Source: an uncultured Pelagibacteraceae bacterium (GTDB lineage Bacteria; Pseudomonadota; Alphaproteobacteria; Pelagibacterales; Pelagibacteraceae). From it: 64,000 nucleotides of DNA. This document shows, one piece after another, positions 57,215-64,000 of this stretch. The position numbers were made by a program, and so were the translations under genes. The first letter of the stretch is position 1. Every line of letters starts with the position of its first letter. The notes under the pieces are model-generated. The model saw only the letters and a list, made by a program, of their open reading frames with translations, ran no database searches and was not told the origin of the DNA. The stretch lies in assembly GCA_902569285.1 (NCBI GenBank), contig CACFTS010000002.1:9200-73199 (forward strand). Reading direction: 5' to 3'.

Positions 57215-57523
57215 TTAAGGTAATGGTTCTGGTTCCACAACATCAGATATTTCTATTTTATTAACTGAAAAAGCTAATAATATAACAGGATTACTATTTG
57301 AGGTTGATTTATCAGAGGTGACAAGTTTGATTCTGGCTAAATCTTGTTCTTTATTAAATTTTTTTATTTCATTAATAATTTTGCCACTACTGTAAGATAA
57401 AGATGCTTGATAAATACTACCAGTTTTGGCACCGGTAAATATTGGACCAAATAATGCACTAGTTGGTGTAGTGCAATTTGTTAATAATATTAAACAAATA
57501 AATAAAAAATTTTTTTTAATCAT
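57215..57523 (-). CDS. Putative small lipoprotein
   Basis: MIKK + hydrophobic stretch + lipobox-like LTNC; GPIFTGAKTGSIYQASLSY. Confidence 0.65.
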   Translation of the reverse strand: MIKKNFLFICLILLTNCTTPTSALFGPIFTGAKTGSIYQASLSYSSGKIINEIKKFNKEQDLARIKLVTSDKSTSNSNPVILLAFSVNKIEISDVVEPEPLP

Positions 57524-57729
57524 GAAATAAATCCTATTATTTCTAGTACATGATTCTTTATGAAATAATTAATTATTAAATTATTAAAAAAATAATAATT
57601 ACACGCTGTAATTGTATTTTTTTTGGAAAGAAAAGAAAAATTCAATTTATGAGGAAATTTTTAAAAATTTAAACTCAATTTAAACACATGTTATGTATTT
57701 AATATATTTTAAAATTGTTAGCTTTTTAT

Positions 57730-58890
57730 ATGAGTTTAAAAAAAAGTAAGAAAAAAAAAACCAAAGGTTTAAATAATATTCAGTCGTTAATTCCTAAAAA
57801 AATAAAATTAAATAAAATTAAAGTTAATCCTTTAAGTGTAATTGAAGAAACTAAAAATAAATTAGGTAATTTCTACAGTAATCTTAAAAAAGAGAGAGAA
57901 AAAGAAAAACAAAGATTAGAAAAAAAAAGAGATTTGGATGAAAAAAGAGAATTACAAAGAGAGAAAAATCAAATTCAAAGAGAAAAAATGAACCAAATTA
58001 GAGAAGAGAAAAAACAAATATTGTCTCAACAGAGACTAATTCTCGATAATGAAAAACAAATTAGAAAGAATGAGGAAAAAAGAAAAAAAATTGAAAACCA
58101 AAGACTGAAAATTGAACAACAAAAAATAAAAGATGAAGAGGCTAAAAAAATAAGAGAAGACTCTATTAAATTAAAAGATGAAGAGCTTCGATTAAAAATG
58201 CTTGAAAGACAAAGGGTTCGTGAAGAAAAAATAAAAGCTAAAGAGGAAATTTTCAAAGCTAAAGAAATAGAGGCAGAAAAAATTAGAGAAGAAAAAGAAA
58301 AACAAAGACAAGAGCAAAATAGATTAAAAGAAGAAGAAAGACAAAAAAGATTAGATGAAGAACAAAAAATAAGAGAAGCTGCTAGAAAATTAAAATATGA
58401 GGAACAACGATTAAAAGAAACTGAAAACAGATTGGCCCAATTAGAACTTGATAGACAACAGGATTTAGAGAGACAACTCTTAAAAGAACAGGCCGAACAA
58501 AGAGCTAAAGAGGAAGAACTTAGGTTAAAAGAGGAAGAAAACAAAGCTATAGAACGAGAAAAATTTCTTAAAGAAAAAGAACTGAGAGAAAAAGCTGAAG
58601 AATTAAGAAAAGAAGAAGAAGAATTAAAAAGAATTGAAGAAGAAAAAGAAATAGCTTTAAAACAAAAAGAAGAAGAGGAAAAAAGAATTATAGAAGAAAA
58701 TCGAAGAATTAAAGAATGGGAAGAAAAATTTGATCGAGAACAAAAAATTAAAGAGGATGAATTAATTAAAAAATTTTATAGTGATCGATCTACAAATGAA
58801 AATAATATAGATGATAAAATGGATACTTCTATTGAAAATGATAGTCAAAATATTGAAGATGATATTGAGAAAGAGAATAAAGATAGTTAA
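57730..58890 (+). CDS. E/K/R/Q-rich long coiled-coil (single alpha-helix-like) hypothetical protein
   Basis: Basic N-terminus (MSLKKSKKKK), about 300 aa of charged residues without Pro/Gly, acidic tail. ATG at 57730; the track start at 57715 is TTG. Confidence 0.75.
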   Translation: MSLKKSKKKKTKGLNNIQSLIPKKIKLNKIKVNPLSVIEETKNKLGNFYSNLKKEREKEKQRLEKKRDLDEKRELQREKNQIQREKMNQIREEKKQILSQQRLILDNEKQIRKNEEKRKKIENQRLKIEQQKIKDEEAKKIREDSIKLKDEELRLKMLERQRVREEKIKAKEEIFKAKEIEAEKIREEKEKQRQEQNRLKEEERQKRLDEEQKIREAARKLKYEEQRLKETENRLAQLELDRQQDLERQLLKEQAEQRAKEEELRLKEEENKAIEREKFLKEKELREKAEELRKEEEELKRIEEEKEIALKQKEEEEKRIIEENRRIKEWEEKFDREQKIKEDELIKKFYSDRSTNENNIDDKMDTSIENDSQNIEDDIEKENKDS

Positions 58891-60345
58891 TTATATTTTT
58901 TGATCGTACTCACCAATTTTTCCCGTCTGTTGAAGTAGCTCATCTATAAATTTAAATATTTTTAATTTTCTTTCATCGGAAGTTGGACTTTCGATTACAA
59001 CTACTAATGACGGTTTGTTTGAGGAAGCTCTAATTAAACCCCAAGAGCCATCTTTAAAAGTAAATCTTATGCCATTCACTGTTAATACTTCATCAATTTC
59101 TTGATTGTCAATTTTAGTTTTTTCTTTTTTAATTTTCTCAATTTCTTTAACTATATCTTCAACAATTTTATATTTTTCTTCATCTTTACAGTATGGTGCC
59201 ATAGTGGGTGATTGGAAAGTTTTAGGTAGTTCATTTATAATTTCACTAATTTTTTTATTTTGATTATTTAGTAAATGACAAACTTGAATTGCAGAATTAA
59301 TACCATCATCATAACCATATCCTAATGGTTGATTAAAGAAAAAATGTCCACTTTTTTCAAATCCTGCTAAAGCTTTTTCATTATAAACTTTTCTTTTGAT
59401 GTGTGAGTGACCAGTTTTCCAATAGATTGTTTTACATTTATTTTTATTCAAAACTACATCATTTGAGTAAAGGCCTGTTGATTTTACATCAACTACAAAT
59501 TTAGAATTTTTATGAATTGTTGATAAATTTCTAGCTATTAATAAACCAATTTTGTCAGAAAATATTTCATTACCTTTATCATCTATTATTCCAACTCTAT
59601 CACCATCTCCATCAAAACCAAAACCGATATCTGCATTATTTTCTTTTACAACTTTAGCGATAGCATGTAACATTTCCAAATCTTCAGGATTAGGATTATA
59701 TTTTGGAAATGTCCAATCAAGATTACAATCTAACTCGATTACCTCACAACCAATTCCACGTAAAATATCAGGAGCAAAAATTCCTGCAGTTCCATTGCCA
59801 CAAGCCACAACTGCTTTAATTTTTTTTTTTATTTTATTTTTTTTTATTAAATCTTGTTTATATATTTCTTGAAAATTTTTAATTTCTCTCTCTTCTCCTT
59901 TACCATGAATAAATTTTTCTTTTAAAGTAATTTCTTTTAATTCATTCATTTCCTCAGATGTATGTGTTAATCCTTTTTTGATACCCATTTTTACACCAGT
60001 CCAGCCATTTTCATTGTGACTGGCCGTAACCATTGCGATTGCATCAGCATCCAAATTAAATTGAGCAAAGTAAACCATTGGTGACAAGGATAAACCTATG
60101 TCTTCAACAAAACATCCAGTTGAAATTAGTCCTTTTTTGAGTGCACTTTTAATTTCTTCACTATAAGATCTATAGTCTTGGCCTAATATTACTCGTGGGT
60201 TATTTTTTTTTGTATGTTTTATAATTTGTGAACCCAGTCCTTTACCAAGATTTGAGATGCCTAAAAGGTTTATGTCTTTTTTATATAACCATCGAGCGTC
60301 ATATTCTCTAAAGCCGTAAGGATCTATTTTTAAATTTTCAGACAC
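58891..60345 (-). CDS. Phosphomannomutase/phosphoglucomutase
   Basis: FREYDAR, MVTASHN, FDGDGDR, KTGHS, FEKSGH, LIRASSN. Confidence 0.95.
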   Translation of the reverse strand: MSENLKIDPYGFREYDARWLYKKDINLLGISNLGKGLGSQIIKHTKKNNPRVILGQDYRSYSEEIKSALKKGLISTGCFVEDIGLSLSPMVYFAQFNLDADAIAMVTASHNENGWTGVKMGIKKGLTHTSEEMNELKEITLKEKFIHGKGEEREIKNFQEIYKQDLIKKNKIKKKIKAVVACGNGTAGIFAPDILRGIGCEVIELDCNLDWTFPKYNPNPEDLEMLHAIAKVVKENNADIGFGFDGDGDRVGIIDDKGNEIFSDKIGLLIARNLSTIHKNSKFVVDVKSTGLYSNDVVLNKNKCKTIYWKTGHSHIKRKVYNEKALAGFEKSGHFFFNQPLGYGYDDGINSAIQVCHLLNNQNKKISEIINELPKTFQSPTMAPYCKDEEKYKIVEDIVKEIEKIKKEKTKIDNQEIDEVLTVNGIRFTFKDGSWGLIRASSNKPSLVVVIESPTSDERKLKIFKFIDELLQQTGKIGEYDQKI

Positions 60346-60398
60346 TTTGTTAATTACTTACCTTTTTTTTAATTTTTTTATTGATATTTTTTCATAGT

Positions 60399-60413
60399 GT
60401 TCTATAAATGTTC
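60399..60413 (+). promoter_or_regulatory. Alphaproteobacterial LexA (SOS) box GTTC-N7-GTTC upstream of nrdA
   Basis: GTTC-TATAAAT-GTTC, exact consensus; overlaps a candidate -10 downstream of TTGATA (60381-60386). Confidence 0.55.
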
Positions 60414-60422
60414 TATTGATTT

Positions 60423-60469
60423 GCTGTTTATATAGTATATTAACTATAAGCGCATACAACATGTGGTTG
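60423..60469. promoter_or_regulatory. Tandem NrdR boxes upstream of nrdA
   Basis: ATACAACATGTGGTTG (60454-60469) fits acaCwAtATaTwGtgt. A weaker half-match GCTGTTTATATAGTAT starts 31 bp upstream, the canonical spacing. Confidence 0.65.
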
Positions 60470-60503
60470 TTTTCGCAAAAATAACAAAATATATTACTAA
60501 ATT

Positions 60504-62441
60504 ATGAATAAAATTCTATCTCAAGCACTAAAGAAAGCTGTCTCTGAATATAACCCAGAGGTTAAAGAATTAGAGAAAAATAATAAACCTGATCTTTTTT
60601 CATTAAACAATGAAACAGAGCTTTTCCAAAATGATAAGGGGATCATTATTAAAATCGATCGTTCGAAAGATGCAAACTTGACCGACTTTGGTAAAGCAAC
60701 TTTAAAAGATAGATATCTTGGACATAATGAGTCTTATCAAGATTTATTTGCAAGAGTGGCTAGCACTTATACAGATGATAATTTGCATGCACAAAGAATT
60801 TATAATTATATTAGTAATCTTTGGTTTATGCCAGCAACACCAGTTTTGTCTAACGGTGGAACAAAAAGAGGTTTGCCTATTTCTTGTTTTTTAAATGAAG
60901 CTTCAGATAGTCTTGGAGGCATTTTAGATCTTTGGAGTGAAAATGTTTGGTTAGCTGCAAAGGGTGGAGGTATTGGAAGCTATTGGGGAAACTTAAGATC
61001 TATTGGTGAAAAAATTGGTAAAGTTGGAAAAACTTCAGGAATAATTCCATTTATAAAAGTTATGGATTCTTTAACAATGGCAATTAGCCAAGGTTCATTA
61101 AGAAGAGGTTCTGCAGCATGTTATCTTCCAATTGATCATCCTGAAATTGAAGAATTTATTGAAATGAGAAGACCAACAGGTGGAGATCCAAATAGAAAAG
61201 CTTTAAATTTACATCATGGTGTTTTAATCACTGATGCATTTATGCGTGCAGTTGAAACTGATGAACAATGGGCTTTAAAAAGTCCAGCAGATGGTACAGT
61301 TCAACAAACTATATCAGCTAGAAATTTATGGATTAGATTATTAACTGCAAGAATTGAAACAGGTGAACCATATATTATTTATATTGATACAGTTAATAGA
61401 CAAATTCCTCAACATCATAAATTAGCTAACTTAACTGTCAAAACATCTAACTTATGTAGCGAAATAACTTTACCTACAGGAATTGATAAAGATGGAAAAG
61501 ATAGAACTGCTGTATGTTGTTTATCGTCTTTAAATATTGAAAAGTATGATGAATGGAAAGATGATCCAAATATAATTAATGATGTTATGAAGTTTTTAGA
61601 CAATGTTTTGTCTGATTTCATAAATAAAGCTCCTGATCAATTTAAAGATGCAAAGTATTCTGCAGAAAGAGAAAGAAGTGTTGGTCTTGGGGTAATGGGA
61701 TTTCATTCTTATTTACAAAAAAAAAAAATCCCTCTCGAGTCAGTAATGGCGAAGGCATGGAATAAAAAAATTTTTAAAAATATTCATCAAAAAGTTAATC
61801 AAGCATCAAAAGATTTAGCCGAAGAAAGAGGAGCTTGTCCTGACGCAGCTGAATATGGGTACCAAGAAAGATTTTCAAACAAAACTGCAATTGCTCCAAC
61901 AGCATCGATTTCAATTATTTGTGGAGGTGCATCCCCAGGAGTAGAACCAATTGCTGCAAATAGTTACACACACAAAACTTTGTCAGGATCTTTTAATGTT
62001 AGAAATAGATATTTAGAAGAAATTTTAGCAAGCCATGGTAAAAATGATGATGAAACATGGTCTACAATTACAACTAATCAAGGTTCAGTATCACATTTAG
62101 ATTTTTTAACTGATTTAGAAAAAGATGTTTTTAAAACTGCTTTTGAATTAAATCAAAATTGGATAATAGAATTAAGTGGTGACAGAACGCCATTTATTTC
62201 TCAAGCTCAATCAGTTAATCTATTTTTACCGGCAGATGTTCACAAAAAGGAATTACACAAAATCCATTTTGATGCTTGGAAAAAAGGTTTAAAAAGCCTT
62301 TATTACTGTAGATCAAAATCAATTCAAAGAGCTGAAAATATCAATGATGCAAAATCAACAGATGTTACAGCTAATGTTTATAATTCGATACAAAAAGAAA
62401 ATGAACAAACAGAATATGAGGAATGTCTTTCATGTCAGTAG
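60504..62441 (+). CDS. nrdA: Class I ribonucleotide reductase alpha subunit (no ATP cone)
   Basis: PATPVLSN, ISCFL, GGGIG, SNLCSEI (thiyl Cys), AVCCLSS, AIAPTAS, KSLYY, C-terminal CLSCQ. Confidence 0.96.
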   Translation: MNKILSQALKKAVSEYNPEVKELEKNNKPDLFSLNNETELFQNDKGIIIKIDRSKDANLTDFGKATLKDRYLGHNESYQDLFARVASTYTDDNLHAQRIYNYISNLWFMPATPVLSNGGTKRGLPISCFLNEASDSLGGILDLWSENVWLAAKGGGIGSYWGNLRSIGEKIGKVGKTSGIIPFIKVMDSLTMAISQGSLRRGSAACYLPIDHPEIEEFIEMRRPTGGDPNRKALNLHHGVLITDAFMRAVETDEQWALKSPADGTVQQTISARNLWIRLLTARIETGEPYIIYIDTVNRQIPQHHKLANLTVKTSNLCSEITLPTGIDKDGKDRTAVCCLSSLNIEKYDEWKDDPNIINDVMKFLDNVLSDFINKAPDQFKDAKYSAERERSVGLGVMGFHSYLQKKKIPLESVMAKAWNKKIFKNIHQKVNQASKDLAEERGACPDAAEYGYQERFSNKTAIAPTASISIICGGASPGVEPIAANSYTHKTLSGSFNVRNRYLEEILASHGKNDDETWSTITTNQGSVSHLDFLTDLEKDVFKTAFELNQNWIIELSGDRTPFISQAQSVNLFLPADVHKKELHKIHFDAWKKGLKSLYYCRSKSIQRAENINDAKSTDVTANVYNSIQKENEQTEYEECLSCQ

Positions 62442-63445
62442 AAAAAATAAAAACTAAGAATGAAAAAATAATTGAACCAAAAAAAATGGGATTATTAGTC
62501 GAAAATCCAGTTTATAAACCATTTAGATATCCATGGTGTTATGATGCTTGGTTAACACAACAAAGAATTCATTGGTTGCCAGAAGAAGTTCCATTAGGTG
62601 ATGATGTTAGGGATTGGCAAAAAAATTTAACTCAATCTGAAAAAAATTTATTAACACAAATTTTTAGATTTTTTACTCAAGCAGATGTTGAAGTACAAAA
62701 TTGTTATTTAAGACATTATACAACTGTGTTTAAACCAACAGAAGTATTAATGATGATGACAGCTTTTGCATCAATGGAAACAGTTCATATAGCAGCATAT
62801 TCACATCTTCTTGATACTATTGGAATGCCTGAGTCAGAATATTCAGCTTTTATGAAATATAAAGAAATGAAAGATAAATACGATTATATGCAAAATTTTG
62901 ATATGAAATCAAAAAAAGATATTGCGTTAACGGTAGCAGTATTTTCTGCATTCACAGAAGGTTTGCAATTATTCGCAAGTTTTGCAATTCTTTTAAATTT
63001 TCCAAGATTTAATAAAATGAAAGGTATGGGCCAAATTGTAACTTGGTCTGTAAGAGATGAAACTCTTCATTGCAATTCTATGATTAGATTGTTCAAAGAG
63101 TTTATTAAAGAGAATCCAGAAATTTGGACACCTGAATTAAAAAAAGAAATTTATAATGCATGCAGAACTATTGTTGAACATGAAGATGCATTTATAAATT
63201 TAGCTTTTGAAATGGGACCAATGGAAGGATTAACAGCACAAGATGTGAAAGATTATATAAGATTTATTGGCAATAGAAGATTAACACAACTAGGTTTAGA
63301 ACCAATATATGATGTGCAAAAAAATCCTTTAACTTGGCTAGATACTATGTTGAATGCCGTTGAACATATGAATTTTTTTGAGGGAAGAGCTACTGAATAC
63401 TCTAAAGCATCAACACAAGGAACTTGGACAGAAGCATTTAGTTAA
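62432..63445 (+). CDS. nrdB: Class Ia ribonucleotide reductase beta subunit (start 62423 or 62432)
   Basis: HWLPEEV, FFTQAD, ETVHIAAY (radical Tyr), EGLQLFASF, RDETLH, NFFEGRATEY. Confidence 0.96.
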   Translation: MSVEKIKTKNEKIIEPKKMGLLVENPVYKPFRYPWCYDAWLTQQRIHWLPEEVPLGDDVRDWQKNLTQSEKNLLTQIFRFFTQADVEVQNCYLRHYTTVFKPTEVLMMMTAFASMETVHIAAYSHLLDTIGMPESEYSAFMKYKEMKDKYDYMQNFDMKSKKDIALTVAVFSAFTEGLQLFASFAILLNFPRFNKMKGMGQIVTWSVRDETLHCNSMIRLFKEFIKENPEIWTPELKKEIYNACRTIVEHEDAFINLAFEMGPMEGLTAQDVKDYIRFIGNRRLTQLGLEPIYDVQKNPLTWLDTMLNAVEHMNFFEGRATEYSKASTQGTWTEAFS

Positions 63446-63456
63446 TTTTAATATAA

Positions 63457-64000
63457 GTGAAAGATTTTGGCTTAATTGTAATTGGTGCTCACTCAGGCAT
63501 ACATTTAAAAAATATTATATCAAATTATATTAATCAAAATATTTTATTAATTGAACCAGTTCCATATAATTATGAAATACTTGAAAGTGAATATAAAAAT
63601 CAACCAAATATTGTTATATGCAAAAATGCTATATTAGATAAAGTTAAAAAAGATAATTTTTATTATGTTAAAAAAGATTCTATACCTAAGTTAGGAAAAC
63701 ATTGGGCAAGTCAAATAGGATCATTTGATAAAAATCATATTCTTAATCATAAAAATAAAAGATTTAATATCAAAGATGAAGATATTCAAATTATTGAAGT
63801 TGAATTTATAACTTTTGAGGATTTAATTAAAAAATATTCAATAAATTCAATTGATAAATTACAAATTGATGTTGAGGGTGCTGAATATAAAATAATGAAC
63901 TCAATCAACTATCAAACAATCAAAATAAATAACATATTTTTTGAATCAAAACACTTTGATGGAACGTTCACTGAAGGAAAAAAACTAAAAGAAATTAAAG
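63457..64000 (+). CDS. FkbM family methyltransferase, 3'-truncated by the window edge (absent from the ORF track)
   Basis: GTG start; IVIGAHSG, LLIEPVP, IDKLQIDVEGAEY, FFES; no stop before the window end. Confidence 0.85.
   Translation, partial: MKDFGLIVIGAHSGIHLKNIISNYINQNILLIEPVPYNYEILESEYKNQPNIVICKNAILDKVKKDNFYYVKKDSIPKLGKHWASQIGSFDKNHILNHKNKRFNIKDEDIQIIEVEFITFEDLIKKYSINSIDKLQIDVEGAEYKIMNSINYQTIKINNIFFESKHFDGTFTEGKKLKEIK

Noticed and set aside
58026-58544. 172-aa Ser/Phe/Leu/Cys-rich antisense ORF
   Set aside because: It is the mirror of GAA/AAA/AGA codons in the E/K/R-rich gene on the plus strand.
28604-61621. Further shadow ORFs (28604, 35538, 36234, 39451, 41086, 42629, 43564, 44965, 45968, 47775, 59552, 61415), plus 5508, 9948 and 11111 earlier in the window
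   Set aside because: They overlap confident genes on the other strand or frame and show no recognisable protein features.
1-64000. CRISPR arrays, IS elements, rRNA, known riboswitches (glycine, SAM-II/V, TPP), defence systems
   Set aside because: I saw no regularly spaced repeats, transposase or nuclease motifs, or matching consensus sequences by eye. An Infernal or DefenseFinder run would be needed to exclude them formally.

Overview
A very AT-rich (roughly 30% GC by eye), tightly packed alphaproteobacterial chromosome segment. Gene content, tiny intergenic spacers and protein style point to SAR11 / Candidatus Pelagibacter (inference). Left to right it holds: acuI/yhdH and a LysR regulator; a Fur-box-preceded Fe(III) ABC transporter whose permease is broken by three +1 T homopolymer frameshifts; azlCD and redox/sulfur housekeeping genes; an SMR/DUF2798 tandem-duplication patch; a sulfonate catabolism cluster (hpsN, pta, Ldh_2/ComC-like, PQQ-type dehydrogenase, tauABC, tpa, ald) followed by a SET-domain gene and a dimethylglycine/sarcosine dehydrogenase-like gene; a double winged-HTH protein divergent from two small tail-anchored paralogs beside tRNA-Met(CAT); guaC and glycan genes; apt / mtnP-mtnA-class II aldolase / speD-speE fusion; a polar amino acid ABC transporter with a PhyH dioxygenase; tctCBA; tesA-ybbAP; rpoZ-dusA; PMM/PGM; nrdAB; and a partial FkbM methyltransferase. 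I saw no CRISPR array, transposase, integrase or rRNA. The most notable unannotated signals are: a 56-aa CxxCxxxC ORF plus terminator inside the iron operon; a GC-rich orphan hairpin with an anti-Shine-Dalgarno-like loop (candidate sRNA, about 57043-57140); a perfect alphaproteobacterial LexA box plus tandem NrdR boxes upstream of nrdAB; a 35-aa internally deleted SMR remnant; and the SET-domain gene embedded in a catabolic operon. All calls come from reading motifs by eye; no database searches were run.
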